A DNA stretch of 58,080 nucleotides, counting the filler, from Bdellovibrionales bacterium RIFOXYD12_FULL_39_22 (GTDB lineage: Bacteria; Bdellovibrionota; Bacteriovoracia; Bacteriovoracales; Bacteriovoracaceae), in assembly GCA_001770205.1 (NCBI GenBank). It is 2 parts of 2 records of this genome, joined end to end, with 100 filler letters (N's around TTAATTAATTAA, not from the genome) between each part and the next. Parts side by side here need not be neighbours in the genome. Positions count along the whole stretch, not along the records: positions 1 to 29,730 come from MEQL01000043.1; 1 more part is not named here. One strand, written 5' to 3'. The translations under genes and the position numbers were made by a program. Below are positions 9,233 to 21,275 of the stretch, in pieces. How positions within the stretch are numbered: position 1 is the stretch's first letter; the number at the start of each line of letters is the position of its first letter. The notes beneath the pieces are model-generated. The model saw only the letters and a program-made list of their open reading frames with translations. It searched no databases and was not told the DNA's origin.

Positions 9233-10270
9233 CTATAGCTCCATTATTCTATTGATGGCCTTGGCCGGGTCTGCGATATCTGCAGTACAGGCCGAAGAAC
9301 AACGTCCGCAGCCAACACAGGCCGGTCCTCCCAACGTTTCATTTAAATAAGTACTCTTGCGCATAATACGGTGACGAAAACGCTGGGCCTTTGACTCTCT
9401 GAAATTTTCCTCATGCCCTCCGCCCAAAGAAATTTTAGCAAAATCTTCCGTCATACAAGCATCCCAGGTTCGTTCACGTCGACCCGAAACTTGATCAACA
9501 TTCCAATTATCTTGAACATCAAAACAGTAACAAGTTGGACAAACAGTATTACAAGATCCACAAGAGAAACAGTCATCGGCCAACTCTTCCCATAATTGCT
9601 TTTCTTTGAAAGTACTACGTACTTTCGTGGCAATTTCTTTAGAAGAGTGATTTAACTTTTCTGGGCATTGCTTAAGCACTCTTTCGTTAATGTCCATACT
9701 CGCCGCAATTTGCGCTGGAGAGGCGTTGGAAAAATCACCAGACTTTAAAAGCGCACTACCTTTATCGGTATAACATTCATAAACATACCCTTCTCCACCA
9801 TCTAGTTTGATAATAAACCCATCGTACCCATGCGGTCGAACATCTTTTCCAACACTCCCCCAAAAAGCACGCTTACTTATTTTCTGAATATTTGCTCCGA
9901 TAATAGTCGTTGCTGCACGATTGGCCAAATAGTTTGCATCGCTATTATTTGCAGCAAAAAGATTATCCAACATATCAATGGCCTTAAGATCATAAAAGTG
10001 CACCCCTAGTAAAATTTTATCCTCCGGTGCAATCAACGAATTATGCCCTTGTTTGTCAAACGTTAACAATCCCTGTCGCGGTGGAAATATATATTTCTTA
10101 GGTGGTAGAATTGTCACATCATAATCCAAGCGCAGATCATCGAAAGAGGTTAATTCATCAAAAATAAAACTTTGCTTCTTAGAGACTGGAGCATAGATCT
10201 TTTTCTTTGCCTGAATTAATTTGACGATAAATTTTTCAAAGTTTGCTCTAGTGATAAAATAGGAGGACAT
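9233..10270 (-). CDS. hyhB: Group 3b hydrogenase beta subunit (4Fe-4S, AsrA-like)
   Basis: CFSCGSCNTVCPTCYC and CVGCGRCSSAC. Confidence 0.92.
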   Translation of the reverse strand: MSSYFITRANFEKFIVKLIQAKKKIYAPVSKKQSFIFDELTSFDDLRLDYDVTILPPKKYIFPPRQGLLTFDKQGHNSLIAPEDKILLGVHFYDLKAIDMLDNLFAANNSDANYLANRAATTIIGANIQKISKRAFWGSVGKDVRPHGYDGFIIKLDGGEGYVYECYTDKGSALLKSGDFSNASPAQIAASMDINERVLKQCPEKLNHSSKEIATKVRSTFKEKQLWEELADDCFSCGSCNTVCPTCYCFDVQDNWNVDQVSGRRERTWDACMTEDFAKISLGGGHEENFRESKAQRFRHRIMRKSTYLNETLGGPACVGCGRCSSACTADIADPAKAINRIMEL

Positions 10271-10369
10271 ACAAAACCTCGCTCTACGTGTTAGTTGGAA
10301 AATAGTTGAGTGAGATAACGGTACCGCAGATTATTTAGCGTGTCTATAACAGTCGTGGCAATTTACCCA

Positions 10370-12085
10370 CTACTGCCTATTGATCGATTTGTTGTATTCA
10401 AAGATGCGATTCGCTTTTACTTGAAATTTAGAATATAAATACCTGAGCGCAAAAATAGAGTAATTGAGTCTAACCCTAACAATCTCCTCTTTTCCTATTT
10501 CACGAGATTCAAAAAAATCTCCATAATACAGCGCCATCTGCTCTAATAATTCTTTGGAAATAACCTTTTCAATCTCTCCATTCCACGCTGGAACGATAAA
10601 TTTTGTACGTATCTTTTGTATTTGCCCATTAATATGATCTTTTAGCAAGTTAACTATTTTATTCGTTTCCGCGGGACTCTGCTTGTCGACCTCTAACCAA
10701 CGCTTACGTATCCAAATCATATAATCCTTATGTAAGCGTATTGAAAAATCTACTCCAACTTTTCCGACTGACTGATTGATGCGATCAAATTCCCCCCAAT
10801 CAACGTCTAATTGAACAATAAAGTTTGAACTATATTTATCAAAATATATTTGCCGATCTACTTTTTCCACTGATAAATAATCTTCATAAAAAAGAAAATT
10901 AGATCTATTCTCTAATAAATCGGCTGCCCAACTTCGCCAGTTTCCCTCAATATTTTGCTCAATAATTTTGCTAATCTCTCCAACGTTTTTGGCCCTGGCG
11001 AAAAAATTAGGAACACCGGCAAAAAGCGCAGACAATTGGCCAGCAACCAAGATATCCTCTTCTGGCGTTGTATTATCAATCCAGCTTTTGATTTTTTCAT
11101 TTTGCTTATAAAATATATAGTCCTTCTTACTAAAATCTTGGCAGTAAACTCTTTTTAAATTATCCATCAAACCAAAGTGGCCAACATATTTGCGAATTTT
11201 TTGTAAAAACTCTGTATATGCCACCTGTTTGCAATCAAAATTTTCACAAAGAACTTGTTCCTTGATCTTCCCATCGACTAATTGCAGGCCATTTTCCTGC
11301 TCCAAAAAGCGTATCTCCTTATTGGCCATTTTGCGAAAAACATAGGCCATAATATCTGAAGATCTCACAAGAGGTACCATGGCCGCTACATCGTTGACAT
11401 CAACTCCCCAGGAGCACAATGCCCGAAAGGCCTTAACAGAAAGCAATATCTCTCGCTGATATACTTGTTCTAATGATTCCAGGCCTTCTAAATCGCCAGA
11501 AAAAAAAACTGAATTTAAAACGTTAGGAATAACCGACAACTCTGAATTCCTAAAATATTTTCCGATTTCATTGCGAATAAAATCCTTAGTATATACCAAT
11601 AAATTTTTTGAACAATAATTATTGGCCAATCGATTGGACAAATTTGTTACTTCTATTTCCGAAAAATTTAATAACCTTGCATATTCACCAATGGCCTGAG
11701 ACAACTTCAAAATTCCTTCGCTTTGAAGATTCTTTAATATATTTCGCTTTATCTGCTCATCGTTCCAATAAACGCCCTTGGCCGTTCCACTATCTCGCAC
11801 ATAGTTACAAAACTCTTTTAAGTTGCGCCCCTCCTCGACATATCCCCGATAAGCAACAAATTGTTGCAATTTCTTTTCATCTTTATTTATATTTTTATGG
11901 AAATTATCATCGAGTAGGTTGGCAAAAACATCTGGCCCATCACTTTTTAATTTATTGTAAATAGGCTGCGTGTAATCAATCACGATTAATGGAGCAGGAT
12001 TTTCTTCCGCCCATAATAGACCGAAAAGAAAAGTACCCGACATAATAAGTTTTGACATCCATTTCTGCGGCATAAATCTCCACAT
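10370..12085 (-). CDS. Hypothetical exported protein
   Basis: 571-aa ORF with a hydrophobic N-terminus; no recognised motif. Confidence 0.75.
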   Translation of the reverse strand: MWRFMPQKWMSKLIMSGTFLFGLLWAEENPAPLIVIDYTQPIYNKLKSDGPDVFANLLDDNFHKNINKDEKKLQQFVAYRGYVEEGRNLKEFCNYVRDSGTAKGVYWNDEQIKRNILKNLQSEGILKLSQAIGEYARLLNFSEIEVTNLSNRLANNYCSKNLLVYTKDFIRNEIGKYFRNSELSVIPNVLNSVFFSGDLEGLESLEQVYQREILLSVKAFRALCSWGVDVNDVAAMVPLVRSSDIMAYVFRKMANKEIRFLEQENGLQLVDGKIKEQVLCENFDCKQVAYTEFLQKIRKYVGHFGLMDNLKRVYCQDFSKKDYIFYKQNEKIKSWIDNTTPEEDILVAGQLSALFAGVPNFFARAKNVGEISKIIEQNIEGNWRSWAADLLENRSNFLFYEDYLSVEKVDRQIYFDKYSSNFIVQLDVDWGEFDRINQSVGKVGVDFSIRLHKDYMIWIRKRWLEVDKQSPAETNKIVNLLKDHINGQIQKIRTKFIVPAWNGEIEKVISKELLEQMALYYGDFFESREIGKEEIVRVRLNYSIFALRYLYSKFQVKANRIFEYNKSINRQ

Positions 12086-12141
12086 CAGACACTTCGACTA
12101 TTATTCATATCACTATAAATGTTATCGTCACTCTCTCCGAT

Positions 12142-13581
12142 ATGTTTAGCGTGAAATTATTAACTTGCATCATCGTATACTTTTTTCCTCTCCTCCTTTG
12201 TGCCGGCCAAAATATTACGGAAAAAAATCTATTTGAAGAATATCGACTGAATATGGCAGAAGTCGACGAACTGATCCTTAACGAGCAATCCATCGAACAC
12301 TCCGACGCCCTTTCGCTTTTAAAGCTGGCCAAGTACTATCTCATAAATGGGGATCTGGCCAAGGCCGAGTATCTTTTAAAAAAAATCAATCCTCCCTCTA
12401 ACTCAGCAGGCCTTGTCCCAATCATTTCCAATTATCTGGCCATAACTAATTTTGCTAAGGCCAATTTTGCTCGCAGTTTGGAAATATTGGAAGAAGATTT
12501 TGCCGAAGGTTCTAAATGGTGGGGGCGGCCAGCGCACTACAAAGAGATATGTCTATTGAAACTAATCAATCAGCTCTCCATAGGTAGGCAACAAGATTTT
12601 TTAAAAGAACTACCCTTCTGTCTTTCGGCCACTCGTAACTTTTCAACCAACCAACAATTCTGGGCAAGATCGCTTGCTACCGTTTTAAATCCAAATATTT
12701 CCGATTGGCAAAAGACCAACTCCTTGGCCTATATTGATTCTTTTAGCAACGAAGATAGCACCAAACTCTGGTTAAAATTTGCACTCTTCACCGACAACGA
12801 TAAATTTATCTATCAGGATTTGGAAAAAATTCCTGCTCAGGCCTATACTTCCAAAAGAGTTCGCGAACTACTAGGATTAATCCATTTTCGACAAGGAAAT
12901 AATGAAATAGCCGCCAAATTTATTGATGATATTTACCTGCCCAATGCTGAAAATATTAAAGGAGAAATTTCTCTGAAGAAAAAAGAGTTCGAGGTTGCCT
13001 TTGGCCATTTTCAGTTAGCACTTAAAAATAATAGCAGCTCGTTAAATGCTCTAAAAAAAACCATCCCCTTGGCCTTTACGTTGAGACAGTGGCCGGCAGG
13101 TTTAGAGTTAATTAATACCATCTCGCCCACTCATCTAAAGGATGAAAAAAAACTTACTATTCAAGCGGCATTCTTGATCCTAAATAATGAATTCGCTGCC
13201 GCCAAAGAAAAAATTAGACTTTTGGAAATATTATTTAAGGACAAAATTCCCGCCCGGGTAAACCAATTGGCGGCCTACCTCGCCTTCCTTGACAATGATC
13301 GTTCTAAATTTGAAATGCACTCTGCGACAGCTTGTCAGAAATATGAAGGCGTTAGTTGCTGGCTTTTTCTACAAAGTTATAGCTGGCACAATCTAAATAA
13401 ACTTGCCAAAATTAATCCTGATCAGCTTTCTTCGCTAAATGATAGTTCGGGCCTGACCTTTGATGAACTAAAGGAAGAAGTCCCCGCAGACCCAATTCCG
13501 GAAGAAGACATTATCCCTCAAGATATCGTTCTGGGGGCCATAAACTCGGAAACAGAGGTACACTATGGCGAGACTGAGTAA
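12142..13581 (+). CDS. Exported TPR-like protein
   Basis: Signal peptide; TPR-like helices (LAKYYLINGDLAKAEYLL, LGLIHFRQGNNEIA). Confidence 0.75.
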   Translation: MFSVKLLTCIIVYFFPLLLCAGQNITEKNLFEEYRLNMAEVDELILNEQSIEHSDALSLLKLAKYYLINGDLAKAEYLLKKINPPSNSAGLVPIISNYLAITNFAKANFARSLEILEEDFAEGSKWWGRPAHYKEICLLKLINQLSIGRQQDFLKELPFCLSATRNFSTNQQFWARSLATVLNPNISDWQKTNSLAYIDSFSNEDSTKLWLKFALFTDNDKFIYQDLEKIPAQAYTSKRVRELLGLIHFRQGNNEIAAKFIDDIYLPNAENIKGEISLKKKEFEVAFGHFQLALKNNSSSLNALKKTIPLAFTLRQWPAGLELINTISPTHLKDEKKLTIQAAFLILNNEFAAAKEKIRLLEILFKDKIPARVNQLAAYLAFLDNDRSKFEMHSATACQKYEGVSCWLFLQSYSWHNLNKLAKINPDQLSSLNDSSGLTFDELKEEVPADPIPEEDIIPQDIVLGAINSETEVHYGETE

Positions 13582-13933
13582 CCTCATTGTTCCTCTGGCC
13601 ATGGCATTAATCGTACTTTCTTCGCTGGCGCTCTATCAAATATTCTTTGTCACCAACCTGGCCATCGGTTCCTGTCATTTAGAGACAAATAAACTATATT
13701 TTAAAGACGCGGATATCGGCACTATTTATAGGATTGATAACATCATCGATGATGTTATCTTGGTGTCAACCTACACAGAAGGAAAATGGAATTTTTTGGC
13801 CGATAGGCCCCTTGATTACTTTGAGGAAAGTGACACCTTTATTTACACTCTAGTCGAATGTCCGATCGCTATTAACGAACCTGTTACTAACAAAAACAAA
13901 ACAAATTATCTCAAAGCACTTGAGGTAAAATGA
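13565..13933 (+). CDS. Small membrane-anchored hypothetical protein (paralog 1)
   Basis: N-terminal TM helix; GSC..ETNK, TIYRID, PLDYF and CPI motifs shared with the next gene. Confidence 0.75.
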   Translation: MARLSNLIVPLAMALIVLSSLALYQIFFVTNLAIGSCHLETNKLYFKDADIGTIYRIDNIIDDVILVSTYTEGKWNFLADRPLDYFEESDTFIYTLVECPIAINEPVTNKNKTNYLKALEVK

Positions 13934-13946
13934 CAAAGGAGATTTT

Positions 13947-14312
13947 ATGATAAAAATAATTATCATTATAGTATGCGTGGCACTTATTGGAGGATTGTTT
14001 TATTACTCCTATAGCAAAAGTGGAGGTATAGTAATCGAAGTGGGGTCATGCATGTCTGAAACTAATAAAAAATATTATTCTACTTCCAAAATAGAGACGA
14101 TATATAAAATTGATGCTATCAAAAACAATCAACTATCAATCTCTTCGTACAACGGAGAAACCTGGGATTTTGTTGATCATAAACCGATGGATTACTTTAA
14201 AGACAATGAAACCTTTAAATATGATAAAATAGATTGTCCTATCAAAGAAGAAGAACGAAAATCTAGTAATAGTATGAACTCGGCAATCAAAGGGATGAAA
14301 TCTAGGCATTAG
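13947..14312 (+). CDS. Small membrane-anchored hypothetical protein (paralog 2)
   Basis: SD AAGGAG; TM helix; GSC..ETNK, TIYKID, PMDYF, CPI. Confidence 0.8.
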   Translation: MIKIIIIIVCVALIGGLFYYSYSKSGGIVIEVGSCMSETNKKYYSTSKIETIYKIDAIKNNQLSISSYNGETWDFVDHKPMDYFKDNETFKYDKIDCPIKEEERKSSNSMNSAIKGMKSRH

Positions 14313-14331
14313 TAATTTTTCATGTGCCACT

Positions 14332-15882
14332 TTACATTTTGAGCGTCTTGAATTCCTTTCCATCGTGAACAAAATAGGCCTCGCGGCCTTCAGAGATCGT
14401 CACCAAATTAATAGGCCTTTTCCAGATAAAGAATATATTTTTCATGGTTTCGCTGGCCATTTGCAAGTCCAACTCAACGCCATTGTGTTTGTGTCGAAGA
14501 AGCAATTCTCCGCGATTGGCAAAATTTGCTTTTTCAATTTCAATTACCGGTGTCCCATAATTGGTCAGCTGTGATAGCAATTTTGCCTTGATTACTTCAA
14601 AATCCCGACTAGTTATTTCGTTTCTGCCAGTATTTGGATTGAAGGTATAAGTAAAAATCTTTTGTCGCTCACAAAAATCTTTGGTGAAAAACTCATCAAT
14701 AAAGGTGATATCATTATGACTTTTTCTAACTTCGAAAATCTTCTCTCGCCCTAAACCCAACTTCTTATCCCACTCTTCGAGCATTCTCATATCGGTACAA
14801 TCATTATATTCTTTGCCAAAACGGCCACTGTTCCATCTATATTCGATATCACGAAATAACTCCAGGCCGATTTTGTAAGGATTTAACTGTTTGCGACTCA
14901 TGGCCATAACTCCGGCATGGTGATCTGCGAAATCTACAATTTCGCTAGAGCGCAAGGCCTTTTGAGTCATTATCGTAGAGTGCCAATAGCTGGCCCAGCC
15001 TTCATTCATAATTTTAGTTAGACGCTGCGGCAAATAGTAATAGGCCTCTTCCCGCAAAATACCAATAATATCGGCCTGCCACTCTTCAATCGGAGCGTTC
15101 TCTAAAAGAAATAGCATTATATCCCGATAATTCTTTTCAATTTTTTCACTGATTTTAGGAGGTGCTTCGTCTTCTTTTGGTTTACTGGCATCCTTTTTAC
15201 GTCGATCATCACGATCTTTGCTGCTCATAAAAGATTTCAATGCACTGCTCATACCCTCATCTTGTCGCTCTCCTTCTAAATCTTTTTCTTTATCACCATT
15301 TTTATTATTCCTATTACCCTTTTTCCCGAGACCTCTTTCAAATAAAATATTTACATCCAATAAATTTTCCAACGATAAAACACGATCAATAAATTCCTCG
15401 ACCTTATCTTGCCCATATCGATCAGAGTAGCGGCGAATCTTTGTTCCATGATTGGCCATAACATCCATCATATTGCGATCAGAGCTAGCAAACCAATAGT
15501 TATTCTTAAAAAAATCAGCATGGCCATAGACATGTGCCATAACAATTTTTTGATCAACAATATTATTTACATTTAAAAGATAGGCATAACAGGGATTAGT
15601 GTTTACCACCATCTCATAGATTTTTTGCAACCCGTAAGCATATCCTTTGTAAAGCTGATCATACTCCATTCCAAAACGCCAATGAGGATATCGGTTTGGA
15701 AAGCCTCCATGGGCGGCCAAGACATTTATGGTCTCATAATCACAGACTTCAAAAATAACATCGTAAAAATCTAGGCCATAATCGAGCGCATACTTGAGAA
15801 TTTCTTCTTTTAATCTTAACAACTCTCCGCTTATAGGTTTTGTACTTTCCAAAAAAAACTCCTGATTATTTTCCCTTTCCAA
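14332..15882 (-). CDS. spoVR: SpoVR family protein
   Basis: [41 protein letters not shown]. Confidence 0.95.
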   Translation of the reverse strand: MERENNQEFFLESTKPISGELLRLKEEILKYALDYGLDFYDVIFEVCDYETINVLAAHGGFPNRYPHWRFGMEYDQLYKGYAYGLQKIYEMVVNTNPCYAYLLNVNNIVDQKIVMAHVYGHADFFKNNYWFASSDRNMMDVMANHGTKIRRYSDRYGQDKVEEFIDRVLSLENLLDVNILFERGLGKKGNRNNKNGDKEKDLEGERQDEGMSSALKSFMSSKDRDDRRKKDASKPKEDEAPPKISEKIEKNYRDIMLFLLENAPIEEWQADIIGILREEAYYYLPQRLTKIMNEGWASYWHSTIMTQKALRSSEIVDFADHHAGVMAMSRKQLNPYKIGLELFRDIEYRWNSGRFGKEYNDCTDMRMLEEWDKKLGLGREKIFEVRKSHNDITFIDEFFTKDFCERQKIFTYTFNPNTGRNEITSRDFEVIKAKLLSQLTNYGTPVIEIEKANFANRGELLLRHKHNGVELDLQMASETMKNIFFIWKRPINLVTISEGREAYFVHDGKEFKTLKM

Positions 15883-16972
15883 GGAATTCTTTAATCGAGT
15901 TCAATATCGCACTCTTATTCTCAATTTTGCTCAATATTACCTTGTCCGCTTCTGTTCCATATTTCTTCATCAAATCATTATAAAACTGGCCAGAACCGTA
16001 GCGACTCTCCACTTGCCCGTAACAGAACATATTGGCCGCCGGGATTAAGTCATTGTCTAAAATATCCAAACACTCTTTTGTATCATCTGTTGACCAATTA
16101 TCTCCATCGGAAAACTGGAAAGGATATATGTTCCACTCTTTTGGATTATAATCTGCCTTAATTATGTCTCGACATAATTTATAAGCGGAAGAAATTAAAG
16201 TTCCACCGCTTTCTCGTGTTTTAAAAAAAGTTTCCTCGTCAACTTCCTTGGCCGTCGCATCATGAATGATATAACGAATCTCAATATCCTTGTATTGATG
16301 CTTTAACCAAAGATTGATCCAGAAACTCTCCGTCCGAACGATCTCTTTTTGCTCATCACCCATAGAACCTGAAACATCCATGATATAGATCACCACTGCA
16401 GCATTCTCATACTGCACAGTGCTTTTGGCCGAACGAAAACGAAAATCTCCGCGCACTGGAACAATCACTGGATTTTCTGGGTTATAGGTGCCAACAGCAA
16501 TTTGTCTTTTTAAGGCCTCTTTATATGAACGTTTAAAATGTTTTAATGAATCTGGCCCCACCAACCCAATGCTGGTATAGCGATCAGTTTGCGATTGAAT
16601 TGTTTTTTTGCCTTTGGGTTCTATATTAGGCAAGGCCAACTCTTCGCCTAAAATACTGGCCAGTTCTTCTATAGAAACTTCGACTTCAACTTCCTTTTTT
16701 CCCTCGCCTTCTCCCGCTTCTCCTTCTCCTGGTTGTGGTTCGCCATCCACCGGATCGCCTTGATTCCCTTCTCCCTGGCCTGTTCCACCACCTTGATTAT
16801 CACCAAAGCGAAAACGTGGTGTTTCAATTGACGGCATAGGTATCTTTACCGTGCCATCGCCTTTGGGCGTGGGCATTTCTCCCCGCGAAATGTATTGCCG
16901 AAGATTGGTACGAATTCTACCTTTGACAATTTTTCTGAATCTCGCATGATCTCTTTTAATCGAATGTCCCAT
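15866..16972 (-). CDS. yeaH: DUF444 (YeaH/YhbH) vWA-like protein
   Basis: [23 protein letters not shown]; lies between prkA and spoVR. Confidence 0.93.
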   Translation of the reverse strand: MGHSIKRDHARFRKIVKGRIRTNLRQYISRGEMPTPKGDGTVKIPMPSIETPRFRFGDNQGGGTGQGEGNQGDPVDGEPQPGEGEAGEGEGKKEVEVEVSIEELASILGEELALPNIEPKGKKTIQSQTDRYTSIGLVGPDSLKHFKRSYKEALKRQIAVGTYNPENPVIVPVRGDFRFRSAKSTVQYENAAVVIYIMDVSGSMGDEQKEIVRTESFWINLWLKHQYKDIEIRYIIHDATAKEVDEETFFKTRESGGTLISSAYKLCRDIIKADYNPKEWNIYPFQFSDGDNWSTDDTKECLDILDNDLIPAANMFCYGQVESRYGSGQFYNDLMKKYGTEADKVILSKIENKSAILNSIKEFLGKGK

Positions 16973-17011
16973 ACTACATTTCCCCCGAGGAAAGTCTAAT
17001 ACTCATATAAC

Positions 17012-19069
17012 CTACTGGGACTTGGCCGAATCACCTTTCGCAAAAATTGAGGCAACAAAATTAAGCGCATCTGTCGCACAAATTTCACAATAGCCATGAT
17101 TTTTTATCAGCCGCGATTTAACTACTTCAATTTTTTCCTGGGTATCTTTGTCTACCACTTTAGCTATGATATTTGTCAGTTTAATTGAATCCTTCTGATC
17201 TTCAAAAAGTTTCAACTCTAGCGCTCTGTGTAGTCGCTCATTCATTTTAAAATCAAAAGTTTTTCCTTCAATGGCCAATGCACCAATGTAGTTCATAATT
17301 TCTCTTCTAAAATCATCTTTGCGCGACTCAGGAATATCAATTTTTTCCTCTATAGAACGCATAAATCGCTCATCAGCATCTTCCAGTTTATTAGAAAACC
17401 TGTTTCTAATTTTTTCCTTTTGAGTATACGCTTTAACGTTATCAATATAGTTGGCACACAAAGTTTGAATGGCCGTTTCATCTACACTGATGGCCTTTTG
17501 CACATCGTTTTTAACGGTGTCTTCGTACTCTTGACGTGCCACCGACAACATCTCTCGATAGTGTTCCTGCATCTCTTGAGAATTAATTAGCGCATGATGT
17601 TTTAATCCGCTCTCCAATTCATTAAACACCATAAAAGGATTTAAACATCCGGTATGGCCATTTTTAACCAAAGAGTTGGATAGCTTATCTTGAATATAAC
17701 GCGGAGAAATCCCCTCTAGTCCTTCGCGCATGGCCTCTTTGCGCAATTCTTTTACGTTATCCTCATTGTACCCCGGTAATGTTTTACCATTATATAACTT
17801 GAGCTTTTGTAATTTTGTTAGATCTGATTTTTTTGGTTCCTCTAATCTGGTTAGAATGGCCCATAAGGCCGCCATCTCTATAGTATGCGGAGCAATGTGA
17901 ATATGAGGAATTTTATCTGGGTTAAAATCTTTGTGATAGATTTTGATTTCGTTATCCAAACGCGTAATATATGGAATGTCTATTTTTACAGTCCTATCCC
18001 GCAAGGCCTCCATAAACTCATTGCTTTGCAGTTTTCTAAATTCTGGCTCATTAGTATGGCCAATGATCACTTCATCAATATCTGTCTGCGAAAATTTCTT
18101 GGGCTTAATACACTGCTCTTGGGATGCTCCTAAAAGGTCATACAAAAAAGCAACATCTAGTTTGAGCATCTCAATGAACTCAACTAATCCACGATTGGCG
18201 ATATTAAACTCCCCATCAAAGTTGAAAGCGCGCGGATCTGAATCTGATCCATATAGTGCAATCTTTCGATAATTAATATCCCCAGTAAGTTCCGTGGAAT
18301 CTTGATTCTTTTCATCCTTGGGCTGGAAAGTTCCAATACCAATTCGATCCTTTTCTGAAAGCACCAACCTCTTGACCCGAATATGGTCGGCCAATTTAGT
18401 CCAGTTACCATCATATTTTTTCATATACTGATTATAAATATAGCGACAGGCCGGACAAATATCACCTTTGATGGATACTTTTCGCTCCTTACTTCCTCTA
18501 TTGAGTTCCGTAAGAAATTGCGGACGTAGTGTGGTCGGAATTAATCTGATTGGTTCTTCGTGCATGGGACAAGGAAAGGTAGATTCTCCACCCAAAATTT
18601 CTGTTTTCTCATTATCAAACCACTCATACGTATAGAGTGCTCCGGCATCCGTACGCGAATAATGCTCCAATCCTTTTTTTAACAACCTGGCGATAGATGA
18701 TTTAGCTGAACCGACTGGGCCATGCAGCAGCAATACACGTTTTTCTGTTCCATACCCTGAAGCTGCGGCCTTAAAAAAATTGACCAACTTCATTAAATGC
18801 ACATCAATACCAAAAACTGCATCCGCACCATTGTCAAACGGATCATCAAAGAAATTGTAACGAACCACTTCTTTTTTGTATTCGTTATAAGTGCGCGAAC
18901 CATAAGAAGTGATCATATCGTATATTCGCTGAAAGGCATTTCTGGTTACTTTGGGATTATTCCCAACTGTGTTCAGATAATCCTGAAAAGTCCCCTCCCA
19001 ATGAAGATAGGCAAAGTCTGAGACTTTAAAATTATTTTTGATAAAATCTTTAATATCGATGTGGCCCAT
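17012..19069 (-). CDS. prkA: PrkA/YeaG family AAA+ serine protein kinase
   Basis: [41 protein letters not shown]. Confidence 0.95.
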   Translation of the reverse strand: MGHIDIKDFIKNNFKVSDFAYLHWEGTFQDYLNTVGNNPKVTRNAFQRIYDMITSYGSRTYNEYKKEVVRYNFFDDPFDNGADAVFGIDVHLMKLVNFFKAAASGYGTEKRVLLLHGPVGSAKSSIARLLKKGLEHYSRTDAGALYTYEWFDNEKTEILGGESTFPCPMHEEPIRLIPTTLRPQFLTELNRGSKERKVSIKGDICPACRYIYNQYMKKYDGNWTKLADHIRVKRLVLSEKDRIGIGTFQPKDEKNQDSTELTGDINYRKIALYGSDSDPRAFNFDGEFNIANRGLVEFIEMLKLDVAFLYDLLGASQEQCIKPKKFSQTDIDEVIIGHTNEPEFRKLQSNEFMEALRDRTVKIDIPYITRLDNEIKIYHKDFNPDKIPHIHIAPHTIEMAALWAILTRLEEPKKSDLTKLQKLKLYNGKTLPGYNEDNVKELRKEAMREGLEGISPRYIQDKLSNSLVKNGHTGCLNPFMVFNELESGLKHHALINSQEMQEHYREMLSVARQEYEDTVKNDVQKAISVDETAIQTLCANYIDNVKAYTQKEKIRNRFSNKLEDADERFMRSIEEKIDIPESRKDDFRREIMNYIGALAIEGKTFDFKMNERLHRALELKLFEDQKDSIKLTNIIAKVVDKDTQEKIEVVKSRLIKNHGYCEICATDALNFVASIFAKGDSAKSQ

Positions 19070-19212
19070 TTATTTCCTCCAATCGTTAACATTCGTCAAT
19101 TTGTTCCATCATTCGTTCATGGTAACACGATATTGATTGTTGACAATAATTAAAAGTGGTCGGAAAATTGTTACATATTGAGAATTATTTCTCTTTTTGC
19201 CGGAGCAAAAAA

Positions 19213-19956
19213 ATGGCACTTATTTCCTCGGGATTAACCGATATTGGAATGAAACGGACAACTAATCAGGATTCTATTTATCTAAATCCTGCGAAAAATA
19301 TTTACATTGTGGCCGATGGTATGGGTGGCCATAGCGGCGGAGATATCGCCTCCAGCGTTGCTGTTACTAAAATACCAGAGTTTTTACTGGCAAATTTACA
19401 AGCAGATCCAGTGAATGCACTAGGCGAGGCCATTCGTTATGCCAACTCCATTATCCATCAACGAGGGGCCGTCGAACCACAACTAAAAGGAATGGGAACT
19501 ACCGTCACAAGTTTATATTTTAAAGGCGATACGGTTTACGTGGGTAATGTGGGAGACTCTCGAACATATTTAATTAACCAGCACAAACTTTTTCAACTAT
19601 CAAAGGATCACTCTCTAGTTCAAGAAAAATTAAATTTAGGAATTTACAGCCGGCAAAATGCCGCTGATGACCCCATGAAAAATGTTCTAATTCGCACTGT
19701 TGGCTATGAAGAAAATGTCGATGTAGACGTCTTCACCTATAAAGTTTTACGTAATGATATTTTTCTACTTTGCTCTGATGGACTGCACGGGAAAGTAAGT
19801 GATTCCGACATTACCTTCATTATCAACAAACATCTTTCTGATCCCAAAGCTGTTACAAAAAATGAATTGAATAGTGCAGCAGCGGAGTTGATTAAACAGG
19901 CAAACGCTAATGGTGGACAAGATAATATTTCTGTCGTTTTAGTTCTCGCCCAATAA
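19213..19956 (+). CDS. PP2C-type (Stp1/PrpC) Ser/Thr phosphatase
   Basis: NQDS, VADGMGGH, GMGTT, NVGDSR, LCSDGL, GGQDN; ATG at 19213 preferred over the track start. Confidence 0.95.
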   Translation: MALISSGLTDIGMKRTTNQDSIYLNPAKNIYIVADGMGGHSGGDIASSVAVTKIPEFLLANLQADPVNALGEAIRYANSIIHQRGAVEPQLKGMGTTVTSLYFKGDTVYVGNVGDSRTYLINQHKLFQLSKDHSLVQEKLNLGIYSRQNAADDPMKNVLIRTVGYEENVDVDVFTYKVLRNDIFLLCSDGLHGKVSDSDITFIINKHLSDPKAVTKNELNSAAAELIKQANANGGQDNISVVLVLAQ

Positions 19957-20004
19957 CTTTCTGCTTGCTAAGTAAACTCCCAGGCAATAGAATTTCCAAT
20001 TGTA

Positions 20005-21222
20005 ATGAGCAAGTATTTTACAGTCATGGTAGTTCCGGAAAGAGACAAAGGCGTTCGTTCCTTTCGAATTCCGACGGTTTTTTTTAATGCCGCACTATTT
20101 TTCTCGGCCATATCTGTTTTCGTTTTTTTAGTTCTGGCCTATGACTACTGGAATCTAGTACGACAAGTTTATAAATATGATCTTCTCAATCGAGAAAATC
20201 AGCAATTAAAGGAACAAATTGGCCTATTCCAGATGAAACTAAATTCTTTGGAAGATGACATCGATCGAATCAGCATTTTTGAGAAAAAATTAAGAATAAT
20301 TACCGGGGTAGAAAAAACTGATCTGACAACCCCCATTGAGGCAAATTTGGTTGGTCGCCCACGGCCTTCCTCTGGCAGGGCCCCGAACAGTATTGGCGAA
20401 CCAATTGAAGCAACTGGCCCAGAACCGACGAATGGCCATAATAATCCCGCCTCATCAACAAGCAATCATGGGGAGATTGATGGGGAAGTTGAAGAAGATT
20501 TTGCCGAAAGCTATGATACCTTTGAAGAGTATGAGAACAATATGCAAGAACAAATTGATTCAAATGAATCTAGCGCGCAAATACAAAAAAATGCCGAGTT
20601 CCTAAAACTAAAAAGTCTTTACGAAAAAAAAATTGCTTTAAAGCATGGACAACAAATCGGCTACACCTATACTCAACAATGGTCTGATGCCATAAAAAAA
20701 GTTTTTGCTATGGCAAAACAATATGCGCTATTTGACTACAAGTTTAATTTATTGCGCGAGCGCGCAAAAAAATTAGAAGTCGATATTCACGAAATAGATA
20801 TTGCCCTGCTAGATCGCGACTCTTTTCTGAGCTCAACCCCAACCCTCCTTCCTTCACAAGGATGGATAACTAGTTATTATGGACACCGCCAAAGTCCTTA
20901 CTCTGGCCGAGTAAAAATGCATGAAGGACTTGATATTGGCGGAACGATCGGCTCACCAATAGTTGCACCAGCGGATGGAGTAGTTGTTTTTTCTGGACGA
21001 AAACCAGGCTTTGGAATTCAAGTACAAATCGATCATGGTTACGGGGTAGAGACCATCTACGCTCACGCTCAGGCGGCAAACGTCCGATCCGGCCAATTAG
21101 TTAAACGTGGAGATATCATTGCTCAAGTGGGAAACACTGGTTATTCAACAGGCCCCCACCTTCATTACGAAATTAGAGTTAACGGCATTCCAGTTGATCC
21201 TTATTATTACATACTGGATTAA
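20005..21222 (+). CDS. M23 family metallopeptidase with TM helix and coiled coil
   Basis: [22 protein letters not shown]. Confidence 0.93.
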   Translation: MSKYFTVMVVPERDKGVRSFRIPTVFFNAALFFSAISVFVFLVLAYDYWNLVRQVYKYDLLNRENQQLKEQIGLFQMKLNSLEDDIDRISIFEKKLRIITGVEKTDLTTPIEANLVGRPRPSSGRAPNSIGEPIEATGPEPTNGHNNPASSTSNHGEIDGEVEEDFAESYDTFEEYENNMQEQIDSNESSAQIQKNAEFLKLKSLYEKKIALKHGQQIGYTYTQQWSDAIKKVFAMAKQYALFDYKFNLLRERAKKLEVDIHEIDIALLDRDSFLSSTPTLLPSQGWITSYYGHRQSPYSGRVKMHEGLDIGGTIGSPIVAPADGVVVFSGRKPGFGIQVQIDHGYGVETIYAHAQAANVRSGQLVKRGDIIAQVGNTGYSTGPHLHYEIRVNGIPVDPYYYILD

Positions 21223-21275
21223 TAATCACGGCAAAAACCGCTCAAGGCCATGGAGAACAGGCAGGAGAAAATTAC

